DNA from: Hamiltosporidium tvaerminnensis FI-OER-3-3
Lineage: Eukaryota > Fungi > Microsporidia
NCBI GenBank assembly: GCA_022605425.2
Contig: CM061253.1
Span: forward strand, 434,001 to 498,000
Reading direction: 5' to 3'
Length of the DNA stretch: 64,000 nucleotides
The translations under genes and the position numbers were made by a program. The stretch's first letter is position 1; each line of letters begins with the position of its first letter. Shown here piece by piece: positions 1 to 14,035 of the stretch. The notes beneath the pieces were generated by a model that was not told the origin of the DNA, did not search any database, and worked only from the letters and a program-made list of their open reading frames with translations.

Positions 1-3000
1 CAAAGAAATCTCGATGAAGGAAATTGGAAAAGTGAGGGTCTGAACTCGAAAGCTTCCAAGTGAATTGGTTGACAGTAAAGTTTTGGACCTTATTAATCGA
101 ATTATCGGTGAGTATGCTGATTCTTATGTGCCGATGACGATAACTGCAGTGGCACAAATAATCAAGGCAGCCCAGGTATTCTATGACGAGGCTACACGTA
201 AAGAAAAGCCTAGATCCGCTTGGAAGGAAAACATAGAAAGTGAAATTTCTAAGTTAGTACTTTCCAAAGATCTTCTCGAGAAGGCTCGTAAGCAGAAAAT
301 GCTCTCCACTTCGGAAACGAAGAGCCTTAAGAAAATCATGCGAGAGTTTAATTTAAACTTGAGCAGCGTAACTGATCTTTCTGAGGCTTTAGTTAAGAAG
401 AATGAGTCTTTGAATGTTTACGAGAAAAAAATTACGATGCATGAAAGTAGGAAGCAATTCCGAAAAGAGAATCGTATGTTTGAGCTTTTCCGAGGTCGAT
501 TTTATCGTGGGTTATCTGAGCGTGTAGAATCCGAGCATGTGGTTAGCCGTGATGAAATTGTGAGTTTTTGGTCTACAATGTGGAACAAAAAAAATGACAC
601 GTTCACGATGATTATTTGATTCCATTTGTATCAGATAATCATCCGACCACGTTTCCTTCCCTTGATGAATTTGTAAATATCATTTATTGGCTTCCGAATT
701 GGAAAGCTGCTGGAATTGATGGTATTTACAATTTTTTCATCAAGAAACTTACAAATCTTCACAAATATACTTATGATATTGTAAAAGTTATATGTTTAGA
801 AGGAACAACTCAAGCTGATTGGTTTTACTGCAGGCTTACGTATTTGATACCGAAAGGAATTACACGAAGAGGCTCTGACTACAGGCCAATCACTTGTATG
901 TCCAACCTCTACAAGTTAACGACAAAGTGTGTAACAAAGGTCGTTCAACTTGAAGTGGAAAGGCGAGGGTTGCTTGCAGAGAACCAATTAGGGGCGGTAA
1001 GAGGTGTGCAGGGAGCGAAAGAGCAGGCTCTACTGAATATTGCGTTAAATAAAGAGTATGGAAATAATCTTAAGGCAACATGGATTGATGTTAAAAAGCT
1101 TATGATTCAATAGATCATGCTTATTTAACTCAATGCATAGGAAACCTTAATTTACCTGATTGGACCCTGAAATTTATTAAGGTAATTATATCAAAATGGA
1201 AAATTGATATATCAGTAGGGCCTGAAAAAATCATGAGCAAGAAGATTGATAGAGGGATTCTACAAGGAGATAGTTTGTCACCTTTGTTATTTGTGTTGTG
1301 TATGGATCCATTAAGCCGAAAGCTTAATGAAAAATACACAAAAGTGACAGTACAAACTGATGCAGAATCCCATTCTACTAATCATCTCTTGTTTATTGAT
1401 GATCTTAAGCTCCTTGCAAAAGACAGCTCCACATTGAGAGCTATGACAGGCGAGGCAAAGGAATTTTTAGAGGTGATTGGCTTAGAGATTAACAAAGAGA
1501 AGTCAGCCACAAATGATACGTGTTGTGAAGATACTGCTACTCTTCTAGAAGGTGTTGGTGTTTACAAATATTTAGGAATAATAGAAGATAGCAGAGGAAC
1601 CCCAACACGTAGCTCATTTCAAGAAGTACAGAGCAAACTTATATCAAGAGTTGAAAGACTTTGTCACACTAGATTAAACGCAAAAAAATTATTTTCTGCA
1701 ATCAATCAACATGCGATATGGTTAATCAACTATCACATAGGAGTACTTCGACTTGAACCGGCTGACTTCTCTAATTTAGATGATGCAGTGCGTGCGGTGT
1801 TGGTGAAGAATACAATACATCTCCGCCCAGGATGTAAAGAGCGTTTGTATCTTCCTAGAGCAGAACTTGGAAGAGGTCTACATAGTGTTGAGTTGCGAAG
1901 CGAACATATGCTTCTGCAACTCTTGGATTGTCTGGAAAAAAGTAAAGAAATATCAACTAGACGAGCAGCAATCCTAAGGTGGAGAATTATAATAAAACTC
2001 ATCTTGCACTAATAAAAGGCTTCTTAAAAGTAAAGTACAGGTTGGTAGAAGAAGTCACTAAGAAAAGTTTAGAAGAAGCTCAACTTGCAAAACTATAAAA
2101 CGAAATAGAAAAATGAAAACTTAAAACAAAGTTATATAATGCAAGAAAAAATGAGCTTGTGTGTGTTAGTGACTCCTCAAGAATGTACAAGAGAGGGAAT
2201 ATTAGGCCGCGAAATGAAGCTGTGTTCTGCTATATCCAGGATAGAAATGTATTCTGGGGAGCAGATGGTGTGTGTCAACATTGCGGGAAGTCTGGTAAGA
2301 CTGTAGATCATCTAGCAACTAGATGTGAAAAAATGCTAGGCCATGATTACACTAGACGGCATAATGAAGTGGTTAGATGCCTACATCTTCTTTTTCTAAA
2401 TAGATATAAGTTTAAGTCTTCAAAACGAATAAGGAGTCACTCAGTTCAAGAAATTCTTGATAATGAGTATGCAGAGATAAGAGTGGACACCAGAATTAAA
2501 ACTTATGTTAAAATTCGGAATAACAGACCGGACATATTTATTTAGATAAGAAGAAGAATAAGATAACACTCATTGAAGTAGGAATCACTTCCCAGGATTC
2601 ACTTCAAATAGTTGACCCTGAAAAACTTAGGAAATAAGCACTGTTCGTCACTTTGTTAGGTCTTATTTATAAGTGTAGTGTTGAGATAATCCCTTATGTG
2701 ATGACCTGGGACGGTATTGTGACAAAATACCATAAATCTCATCTTAAACGAGTAGAAATATCCATGAATGTAGAGGAGGCATACATTCAGTCTATAGTAC
2801 TTAAGAAAAAAGTCGAAACAATTTCCTTTGATCGACTAAGAGGACTTGAGTCAGGACTAAATGCCGAAGAGAGCTGGGAGAGAGCGTCAATGGGTGTTAT
2901 TATGAGAGCAGAGATGCATGAGGAACCAACACCCCCTTTAAAAGAAGAGAAGAGAGAGGAAGATGATGCAAAAAATTTTAAACCAAAAAATACAGCACCC

Positions 3001-3150
3001 TTTATTTCACAAGGAGGAACCACTTTCGAGGAACCGACCAATAACATAAATAAAGATTCGGATTTAAAAGAAGAGACAATATTGGTTAAAGAGGTAGAAG
3101 AAAACATATAAAAATGTTAAAATATTTTAACCCAGAATTTTATTACATAA
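1..3150 (+). mobile_element. RLE-type (R4/Dong-like) non-LTR retrotransposon copy A; 5' end outside the window; disrupted ORF
   Basis: RT motifs (KAAGIDGI, YRPITC, DVKKAYDS after frameshift, GILQGDSLSP, LLFIDDLKL, YKYLG), CCHC knuckle CQHC...DHLATRC, RRHN and PD-(D/E)xK endonuclease (NNRPDI). Several frameshifts and stops. 3' end AACCCAGAATTTTATT. Confidence 0.95.
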
Positions 3151-3538
3151 TTTATAACATAAGAGTATATACAGCCTCTTCAAAATATCTTAAAATATTC
3201 GATCGAAAAATATAAAGACAAATATCGATATAACATTAATTTTATTCTAAAATTAGAAACGAGAGACTAAGAATAGTAACTTTAAATGGAATTGTTTTCA
3301 ATATTTTGTCTAATAAAATGTCAGAAAAGCATCGAAATTTAAACAGTTTAAATTTTTCTTTATATTTTAATCTATAATGAAAATTAAATTTCATTATGAT
3401 TAATAAGTATTTGTTCGATTTCAATTGACGTAAAATTTTCAGAAAAAAAAGGGTATTTAAGCGAAAAATAGATACCGATTTTTTATTGTTCAAATTTAAA
3501 ATATACTAGAAATATTTAAAGCATAAGAAATTATTTAT

Positions 3539-5920
3539 TTAAGGGAAATTATACATAAATTCGGAATCTAGGTATGCATTAACTTCATTTGATCTTTCAC
3601 TTCGAATTGGTTTCATTAAGACGAATTCTGTATTCTTAAAGTTTTTTCTACTAATGTTTTGAACAATTTTATAATCAACTGTATCTAAAGCAATAGATAA
3701 ACTTAATAAATTTTTGTATGATTCCAAAAGATGGATGTCATCAGGCGTAATTTCAGCAAGATGTATCGTTATAGAGATTACTGTATCGAATAAATTTAAA
3801 TTCTCGAAAACTTTTTTAAAGGTTATTCTTTCGGTTAAGCCGTAAAAATTTATATCAACAACTTTTAGTTTGTTCATTTTTGGGAAAAATGTATAATCAA
3901 TTTCTGAAAATCGATAGAAAGTTAAAAATATCGAGTTAAGTCTTGAAAAATCATAAATGTCAGATAAAAAATAAAGAAAGTTTTTCAATTGATCATTCAT
4001 ATACGTTGATTCTAAATCCAAATGTTTTAAAAATATCTTTTCTTTCTTATTTTTACTAAAAAAATCAAGAAAGTTGTAATACGACTTTCTCAAAGCTAAT
4101 TTTTTATAATTAAAATGTGTCTTTTCCATTTTAAAATGACAAACACATTTAAACTTTGACAAATAACTTAAAAGTCCAATTCGATACAAAATTTAGAATT
4201 AGAAAGAATTAAAGTCTTTAGATTGAAATTTATAGTAAAATTTCTATCAACCACTTTTTCGTTGTAGAAACACTCGAAATTCTTTATTTCGATAGAAAAT
4301 AATGAAGTTGTTTCTAAAATATATATCAGTAACTCATTAGATACGATTATATTTTCAAAATATATATGCTTTAGAGTTTTAAAATATCTTAAAGCGACAT
4401 AAACTTGGCTATCAAGTTTTTGTGGATATAATGTAACGAGCATATAAATCCTAATTTTTTTAGTATTCGTACATTCGAAACTGGATATATCGTAACCATA
4501 TCTAAGAAAATTGCCGTAGAAATACATATGATATGCATTTATAAATGGAGTTTGGTTTGGAGGATTGCCTGTTAAATATCCACAAATTTTGCAATACATA
4601 GGAAAAAAACAAAAGGTTATTTGGCATACATTTCAATATACCCGGATCACTATTATCATAAATATAGTCTGATGAAACAACCTTATATGATGTATTCAAA
4701 TTCTCAGAACAGAAATCTATTAAAAATCGCAAAGTATTAAAATCGATTTTACGTGTTTTTATTGAAATTTTTAGCATGTTTTTGTAAGACACTAATATCT
4801 CTTTAAATTCCTCCAAGGTGAAATCAAATAAAAACTTCAAAACTTTTAAGTTTTTTAAAAATATATGATTTTCATTTTTAAAAGTGGTTTTGTCGCATTT
4901 TTTATTGAATGAATATAAAATATTTCCGAAGGAAGGTTTGCACCAGAAAAAATTTCAAAAATACCTTTAAGTGTTTCTTCTAATGCAAATGCAAAGTAAA
5001 TAAAATCTATTCGTGTAATTTTAAGTAAAAAAACCCAAATATTACGTAGAAGATATGAGGTCATCAACTTCGATAATTTTTTTGCGTTAAAATCATTTAA
5101 TCGTAAACAAATTTTATTTCTTTGAAGCATTTTGTTTTTTTCCTGATAAAAAACAGAACCTTCAATCTTGAAACATGTTATCTTATTTTCTTTTAAAACA
5201 AGATAGTGCTTGGTCCTGTTTTCTTTAAAATAAACTGATTCCATGAAAAATACCAATAAATCTCTCGATAATGATCGCCTTGTATCATGGATAATATAAT
5301 TATAATAACTTTCATTGAAATAAAAACCAAAAGACAATGTATTCAGACCATATACAAGACTTCTTAGAAATTCTTTAATAAATAGATCTCTCTGCTTAGA
5401 TTTTTTAATATCTAATATAGTAATAATTCTTAAGATTTCCAGAAAAGCCTTAATCGTTATTTGATATAGAAAGAATATTCGATTTCTTCACCAATTCAAG
5501 GAAAAGAAGAAAATTTGAGCTTGAAATATTTTTAATAAACAGTCTAAAAGTTGTTTTTTCTCTATCAAATAAGGATATTAAAAGTGTAAAATTGAGAAGC
5601 ATATTTTTCGTGTATGGCAGTGTTATAATATCTGGATTTTAATATTTTGTTGTTCGAAACTTACGTTCATGAGATAATATGTTGTTTTGAAACAATGTAA
5701 TTTTATTATTCTTATTGAAATATTCTATATTTTCATTAATAAACATGTTTTCAATAGTATGAGCGCTTTCTATTAGATTTGAAATACTGTTCTCTTCGTT
5801 TACAATATAAAAGGATACGCTTGTAAGAGAAGCTATCAGCACATATTAGTAAAAAGATAAAATATAGGGAAAAGGAATTGCAGTAAGCCATTTTTTATGT
5901 GGAATGTATATGGGTTTCAT
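3539..5920 (-). pseudogene. Pseudogene of an expanded microsporidian LRR-like secreted/surface protein family
   Basis: Chain of minus-strand ORF fragments (5639-5842, 4855-5337, 4502-4840, 4168-4599, 3539-4189) that join through frameshifts. ATG at 5920 with a hydrophobic N-terminus and an FYIVNE motif like FNVVNE of the 22102 gene. LRR-like LKTLILSNS and LKHLDL motifs. Confidence 0.7.
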
Positions 5921-5976
5921 GTAATTAATAAGTTAATAACTGAAAAAATATATCAGTTTTTATTTATTAATAAACT

Positions 5977-6704
5977 ATTTATTTAAAAGTATCACATCTT
6001 TTTAAAATGGTGGCAAGTGTTATATTTGTTTTTATGACATTAACGCAGTTCTAGGTTTAACATAAATGACTGCTACCCCAACACTCCATCGGTAACCCCT
6101 GCGATACCTACGTCCCAAAGCCATTCATCTACCAGGTGTGTAGAACCTAATTAATAGGCGAGGAAGTTGCCTGGAGTCCGTTAATATTCGTTGCATGGAG
6201 TTTGATCGAAGACCGAAGCCTCCTCTAAGCTCCCCCAAGAATATGCAGCATTCCCACTTACTCTACACTTCCTGAACCCAATAAACTTCTACCTAAGATA
6301 TATTTCAGAGATTTACACGTGGTCCACCTAGACAATGCAATGTCATACCAACAAGTATAACCTGCTACTTAGCTCTCCCAGCTTTTAATGGGTTTTTTGT
6401 TTTATATTTCTTAGGCGCTAATTCTTCTAACTCGAGTGAGCAAGGCTAGGTTTCCATGCTTTTACATGGCAATTACCTACATGTTGAGCTGCGGTCTGCA
6501 ATCTGGTTACATAAAAAACTACAAATAATTTTGTAGAAAAAGTTTCGCCATTTCGTAGACCTCTCCCCCTCATAAAAACTCCCATGGAACAACCAAAGAT
6601 GTAATGTGGTTTTATTCCCACCAAAAATCCAAACAATGATCTCACACCAGTTTCACACACTCATTGCCAAGCAGAAAGTTTTTTATGTGGTTATCCTCCC
6701 TCCA
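5977..6704 (-). mobile_element. ~720-nt structured non-coding repeat (SINE-like family), copy 1
   Basis: Closely similar end to end to 45838-46553. G-U compatible stems occur only on the minus strand. RNA strand runs 5' GGAGGGAGGATAACCAC ... 3' TACTTTTAAATAAA. Confidence 0.85.
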
Positions 6705-6821
6705 ACATCATTTAAGTAGACATAATTATTTTATTATATAATTTTAAACAAATTTCTCTATTATATCTTGATTACAGAGAATAAAAGAAATAATCACTAA
6801 CCGCTCTCAAATCCCAATTAA

Positions 6822-8330
6822 ATATAATTATAGGTTAATAGTTCTTTATTAATATTTTTTCCTATTATTTTACACTTCAAAGTCTTCCTCTTAATTCGAC
6901 ACACTATTCAAGTTTATTAATGGTTCCTCCGCATGTTTATCCCATCTAAAATATTAAAGAATAAAATTTGTATTTAGTCGTTAGACACTATATTCCGCTT
7001 ATTTATTTGCTATAAAGTAATTATGGCTGATTATGCGACTCGGCTCTATAATAACACTAGATGACGCACCTATAGCTCTCTTAAGATTTTAGTTCCGACT
7101 TAAGTTTTCTTCGTCGATCAAAAGAAATTGACCGATCGTCGTCATATACACTACCAATTGGATGTATTCCTCTACATCCATAAGATGTTTGCAGTCTTTT
7201 GAGAAAAGTCTTATGGTATTTCGTTGCAATATGGTCCTAATTCATCGCTCACAGAAGTATCTTCGAACTAATTTATAGTTAAGACTCAACTCATTTCTAA
7301 TAGTTCATAATTATTAAGCTTCTCTGTTTTAACTATTTGAAGTGGATCTTAGAAAGTAAAACATTTTTAAATGAGGGTTATCATATTCGATCGTCTGTCC
7401 AAAAATAATATACCAGGCTTATTATTCCAAATTTAAGCATCAGTTGATATCCTATTGTCTATACCTGCCTTTGCCTTCTGGTTATTATGAATTTTTTGAA
7501 CTGGGTAATTCCTAATGTGTTTGAAGATTTATATTTATATCATTTTATTAGGAGCAAATGTATGTATCGTGTCTCTTCTGTATTTTGTTTAGGTATAGTC
7601 ATGACCAACTATTTTTTCTCATCTCGTTGCTTAACTTTCTACTGTTACCCAAATTGATTACAGTGTTTAACATACTTTTTGCCCTCCGGAATATATTTTA
7701 GCTTAGATATAGCAGCAAAACAGTTTCTTATATTCCATTTCCTCGCCATTAGAGGATCAATAACACTTACAAGCTCGTTTTCTTTGACGTATATAAATTT
7801 TTGTAAGGTTTTCGTTTTTTTAATTTAATGTAGAATTTTGCAAGTTGAGAAGCTACGGAATTATTTTATCTACTTATAAATTAAATCAAAGAAGTTTCTA
7901 AAAAACAATATGGGAATTTTTTGTATTATCAGCTTAAGGATTTATGGCTTCAGAATTATATTTCTTAACCTTTTTTTACCGGATAATTCTATACCGGCAG
8001 AATCATATTGTAACTTCGACTCGAATTGTAAGGCCACTTCTAAGTTCCAAATAAAAAAGGTAAACTCTCTTTCTCACTAGTCCGAAGTGTATAATTTTTT
8101 TTGCCAACATCGCACACACTACATCATTCAAGTTAAGAGTGCACAACCTGTTCAAGTCAAAGCGGTCTATATGATAAATAATTAACGATATTGATTTGTT
8201 AATTTGCAAAAATAACATTGTTTTTGATGCTATCTCTAACGACAAAGCCTTTCAACCCTTTCTATTTGCTTCTGTGGTGCCTATTATAATGATTAACAGG
8301 AAAATCACCTTTTATATCTTTTTTATACTC
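6822..8330 (-). mobile_element. Old degenerate copy of the R4-like LINE (3' half)
   Basis: ORF 8003-8245 aligns to LINE residues LFSAINQHAISLINYHIG...LYLPRAELGRGL. 7590-7640 is the reverse complement of the ATRCEK..GHDYT region. Confidence 0.75.
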
Positions 8331-8512
8331 ATCTATTTAAAAAATCAACATCTAAAAAAATGGGAGTAAAATTACGCCACGGTTTTTTTGTCTTCGATCT
8401 CCCAGTTTTAATTCTAAAAATAATAACAGTTAAAAACCATTATTCGTCAGCTCTTGTAAAAATAGCAACAATAAAATATATAAAAAAAAAATATATCAAC
8501 TCAATAGAAGTT

Positions 8513-9136
8513 TTAATTTTTTACCAAAATATTTAAAAAAATGCGCAACATAAAAATATTCACCAGTATAAAAAAAATGGAAAGACCAAACACTAGATAA
8601 TTGAAATCTTTACTTCCTCTCATATATTTGTAAAATATAAATAGAATTATCATATAGTAAAGGGATAAAACAATTGTAAAAATGTCATTATTATTTGACA
8701 TTACTGATAAAGATATGAAAAGTGTATTTTCAATCAAAAGCATGAAAATATATGTAAATTCTAGCTTTAAAAACGCAAATGTTGTTTCGATGACTATTTG
8801 ATGATTCAAAATTCAAAATTCGAAAACTATTATCATTATCAAATTCTGGTATGATCGATAGCTGAATTAGTGTTCGTTCGGCTAGAGAATAGGTAGTAAC
8901 AACAATATTGTTATTTATACGATTTTGGTCAAGTTTGCTAATACTCTGTTCACTTGTTGATTGAAAAGCATTTGCTCTTGTTCCATTCCTATAGCTTTCA
9001 TTTTTAGATATACTACTTAAAATCAGACACCTATTCATACCCAACGATTTATTTGTTACTATATATATTACTGTCAAAAAAATCAATTTTAATTTATTTA
9101 ATGTTATCTCGATTTCCTTTTTTTATCGCATATCAT
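8513..9136 (-). pseudogene. Frameshifted hypothetical membrane protein (N-terminal hydrophobic segment, about 3 C-terminal TM helices)
   Basis: Overlapping ORFs 8730-9086 and 8513-8809 with hydrophobic stretches; no family recognised. Confidence 0.4.
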
Positions 9137-11232
9137 TATTAATTAAAAAAGAGAAAGTTTTTTGTATCATAGCTTCAAAATTTCTTTTAAAAAGCTTTCT
9201 CTATAATGATTTGAGTTTATAACTGCAAATGAGGACTTTCTTTGGACAGTAAAACAAATTTTCCTGAGATAGCAATCTTCTTATTAAAAGATTAACTTAA
9301 TAAATAAATTTTATACAAGTTTAGGTGTTTTTCGTTTCCCAGTAAATGCCCTCTTTATCTTTCGTTCGGAAAGTTTGCGCTAGGCTGACAACCTAATCAT
9401 TCAAAGGTAATTTGTCTTTAGAGCGCCTATAACACGTCGAAGTTATGATTCATCGTTGAATTGTGTTTAATCCGTAGAGCAGAACGACTTATTAAAAAAA
9501 TTTGGCTATTTCGTTATGTTTTGGATTGCTTTATTTAGCATAAAAATCTTTTTATCAGTTTTTTTTTACTATAGATAGTTTTTATATGTTTTGCTTTTGT
9601 TTGGTTTTTTCATCTCAGAAACAAATATTGTAAAAATAGTGTTCTTTTTTAAAGAGCGCGTTCTATTCACCAAATTACTCGTAAAATGTTTACTATTATG
9701 TTCCGAAGACCCTAATGGCAAAACAAGAAGTATATAAAAAGGCCTGGTGTCATGCAAGAAGATGCCTTCTTGAAACCTAGATAATTTGAAAGTAAAATAT
9801 ATCAGGAAAGTTTTGAGTATTTATCTTGCAAAGATCTCCCCGGGAATGCCTAAGAAGTAAAACCTATCGCTTCGAAGAAAAAATATTTACAAAAACCAAG
9901 GAAGGCATAATTTAAGATGAGCAGTTTAGGTGATCTTCAATTGCTCTTATTTAAAAGAAAGACGATAGAAATCTTTAAGAAAAAAAAAATGAGAAATATG
10001 AGAGTAGAGAGTGATACATAAAAGATAAACTATGTTTGTGTTATGTTATGCTAAAGTTGCGTTTTTCGCCTGTTATCTAGGTATGAAACATCGAGCTTCG
10101 TGTCAAACGTAACGAAGTTTTAATCAGCAGTAAAACGAAAAATACAACTTGTGTACATATGATTAGTGTTTGGTTTCATTTGTTCGGGTATTAATCAGGC
10201 CATTTCATTCATTTGATCGGTCTTCGGATATCATTTATCTGTTATACAAAGAAAATTTCCGAATATTGCAAAATTATATTTCAAAAATGCTGCGATTCTT
10301 CCTGTATACTTTATGAAATTCTACAAGTACTATGTTTGGAAAGACCCTTTGGGTCTAAACTTAGTATTATAAGCAGCTATCTGATACCCGACTTTAGACT
10401 AAAGCAAATTTCCGAGCATTTAGCCTATATATTTCAAACTTGTATAAGCCGAAGTGAGAAATTGTGACGAAAGTTGTAAGTAACAGAGTGAAATACCAGG
10501 GTTCTATCAGATACTCAGTTGGGTGCAGTGAGAAGAAAAGTAAAACGTCATAATTGCATTTCTTTAATACAGAAAACGAGAACATCCTTAGACAATATAG
10601 GACTATAGAAAAACTGATTAGAATCAGTACTTTATAGTTATCTAACAGAATGCATCGAAAGATTTATTTCCTGAGTAGATATAATTTTTGGTAAAAAGAA
10701 TGAACTGGAAAATTAAATTAGAAAAGTAAAAAATTATAAAAGAACATATTAAAGAAAATAGTGCTTTACTATATGTATTTACCTCATTTTTTTGTGTTTT
10801 ATATGTATTTATTAAGCTAAAAGCCCACCGATAAATACAAAAAGGTGACAATAAAAACAGATCACGAATTCACTCATTATTTATATCGAATTTATTATTG
10901 ATTTTGAGATCCTAGCAAAAGTTAAATAAAAATCAAAAAAAAAGACTGAGAAGAGTAAAAGACTAAGAAAAACATGGGATTGGAAACATACAGAGAGTAT
11001 TAAGCCCCAAACGATCCATTCTCATAAAATAAAGCACCTCTTCTTGAATAATAACTGCTTGAAACTACCCTGTAGTAATAAAATATATCATTGGTACCCA
11101 GCAAGCAGTTCATTTAAAAATAAAATATCAAACCGTTTAAGGATTAGAGAAATCTTATAAGATTGAATTAAATCAAGAAATATATTCTAAGCAATCAAGA
11201 ACCAGGAAACCTTTTCTATAACGCATCGTATA

Positions 11233-11345
11233 TCTGTACTATGGCTTCGACCAGGCGAATTTTTGAATTTGAAAGAATCAAAGTGCCTTGCTAATTAAGA
11301 AAAAAATACATCAATCATAACTATGTAAAGAACTTCTAAATGTCC
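11233..11345 (+). pseudogene. Possible tyrosine-recombinase relic (box I)
   Basis: With one indel reads LYYGLRPGEFLNLKES, followed by an RTSK-like motif; the remainder is not resolvable. Confidence 0.3.
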
Positions 11346-14035
11346 AGCTGAAAATATTGAAGACTTTAAGTCAGTATAGAGTTCAAAGTAAAAATATAAT
11401 CAAAGCTACTTTCCGATAATCAAAGATAGAAAGAAACATCATAAAAAAAGCAGAAATTCTACGTGGTAGAGAAATAACAAACATGATATTGTACTTATAT
11501 AAAACTTCTTAAAGGTGAAATAATATTTTAAATGAAAATTCGAGAAATGAGATGAAGAAGCTTAGTCACTTAACTTATTAAAGAAATAACAATATAAAAC
11601 CAATATGAAAATGACATTATCTATGAAAAAAAGGGCTAGGTTAGGTAAATTACTCCCTAATATGGTCAAGAAATCTTTCTAAAGACCACGTGAGAAGAGT
11701 ATTCTATATATTTTAAGTATATATGTATTATGGTCAGCTTATATATATGTAACATCGTAGTCAGTCATTAAACATTACGCTTTTAGCAACAAAACGATAA
11801 AAAGGATGAGATTGTTATAACGTCTCGCCCGCTATCAAAATTAAAACAATCTTTGATAGATACTACTTCTATTTTCGAAATATCCATTTGCAACGGGTAA
11901 CTAAGAATTGTTTAGAAATATTTTTTCTCAAAAAAAGTAGTATTGTTTTTAGAATTATTATATTCCTTACCCTTTTCTATCATTGATAAGTTAAATATGA
12001 TATAATTTTATAGTTATTAAAAATTATTGATTAGTTATTATGTAGTAGAATTTCATTTTTAAGAAAATTCGACGGCATAAGGAATGGTTAGATATCTCGA
12101 GCATCTATGTATTTGCATATAGATTAAGCTTGTAAAAAAATAGGTCTAAATCCGTTGAATGACTCTTTGAAAATGAGTTAGAGATAGAAAAGAGAAATAC
12201 AGATAAAACAGATATCGATTGTTGCAATAAAGGGTTTAGAAATTTATTTTTGATCAGAGCAAAAATTGATGATCCACATGGAGTGAAATAAGAACTAGAG
12301 AAATATTTTAAATGATTTAACAGAGAAACGAACAAATTTGACGCTTCAAAAACAGATTAGATTACATAATAAATATAAGGTTATGGTAATCCTCTATTCA
12401 ATAACATAAATGGTGTATTTTAAAAATACAAAAAGAAGTAGCGTGAAGACTAAAAATTTTAGGAATTATGAAGCATATATTATGTCGAAAGCTTATAAGG
12501 AGAGAATGAAACTATTTTCTTTGATAGATAAAGAGAATAGCAGTCAGAAGACAATTCCGAAGAGAGCTATTAAAGTGAGCCATAAAGTTGTATTTTTAAA
12601 TCTTAGATTCTTTAACTATCAAAAAACTTCTTAAGGCAAGCGAATAACAAAAAATATGTGTTAAACAAGCAAATACAGAAAAATATTTTATTTTTTATTT
12701 TAGATGTCATAACATCTTTGGAGGAACAAGCCTATTTAAAGAATCTTTACAATTTGAAGAAAAGTAGAGGGTGTTAAAAATGATCAAAAAAATTGTAAAA
12801 AAAATAGAATATTTGTTAACTAAAAATAAATATAAACATAATTTATTATTTGTTTCATGTCTTGTGAAAATTTGATCAAGAATATGGGTGCAATGATATC
12901 CAAGCTTTGCAAATATTCATAAGTTTTGAAATAATCCGAAGTTAACTGACATATTTTATTTATCCTTTCAAATGAATATTGTACAAAGTGACAAATATAG
13001 TATGCCACGTAGAAAAATAGCATAATAAAGCCTAATCAACAAAGGTTTAAAATAAATTCGGCAAGAAAAGGTGGTTTCAGAAAGTTTGTTAAGTGCCATG
13101 CTTTGATACAAAGAGATTCTTGGTTTGTCTTAAATTAAAGCTCTAAAAATCTATTTTAATCTTAGAAATAACATGAAAGAAACTCTGTAAAAAAAGATAG
13201 GATCGTTGATCTATCCTCAAAACATCGGTAGAATAGTGAGAAATTCAGGCGATGCTTGAAAAGAAATAAGAAGAGCAAATATGAAAAAAATTGGTCCAAA
13301 TAAATGAATAAAAGCACGTTTATGTGATTAACTAGGTATTAACTATACCTTAAACACCGTAAATATTGTTTAAAAACCATCTAATCGGATAGTATCTAGG
13401 TATCCCAAAAAGAATTATAACTAAAAGTGCACAGGAAAAGTAAAGAATTAATTTAGTATTACTCCCATACATGAACCTACTGTAAATTGTAAATCTTTTA
13501 AAATTAAACGATGGTAGCAAAGACATATATCAAGCTTTTCTTAGACATAAGAATACATGCTTGTAAGACATAGAAATTCGCCAGACGTAACGAAGCGACG
13601 ATGGATGTATGGTAAACCATCTTTAATTATATGTAAGAATTAGCAATAACCTATTAAGATGACTTAGAACTTGCGGGAATATCGGTTCAAAAAATACATA
13701 GAAATTTCAAATTTGTAAACGAGGTCGAAAAAACCAGATATCAGATGCGCTATATTTAAAAACGTCGGAAATTCGAGTATTAAAAATAACTTAAAATGTT
13801 ATTTCGACCGTTGACGACTTTATTTTCGTAAAAAAATTACTTGCATAAGGAAATATAAAAATCACATTATCCTTTGTAATAAACAAATATTACAGTCTAT
13901 TGATCACAAAAAGTAGAATTTGTAGAAAACAAGGTTTAATCTCTAAGTCAGCTCTAAGCCATTGAGCAAATAAGTTGGTAAGTAACAACACGTTTAGATT
14001 AAAAAAAAATTAATTTTAAAACAATATATACTTTT

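Noticed and set aside
1130-3107. Antisense ORFs over LINEs and genes (e.g. 1130-1339, 1733-2002, 2787-3107, 33184-33549, 54122-54379)
   Set aside because: Shadow frames of real coding sequence; their recurrence only reflects LINE copy similarity.
6300-6610. Group I intron R/S-like words (TTCAGAGATTTACA; AAGATATAGT in copy 2)
   Set aside because: Not conserved between copies, no P7 pairing, and on the strand opposite to the one supported by G-U pairs.
6427-6660. 77-aa ORF shared by repeat copies 1 and 2 (also 46273-46506)
   Set aside because: Non-ATG start, many non-synonymous differences between close copies, and not preserved in diverged copies.
13340-13620. Possible Penelope/GIY-YIG relic
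   Set aside because: Only vague motif resemblance; cannot be supported by eye.
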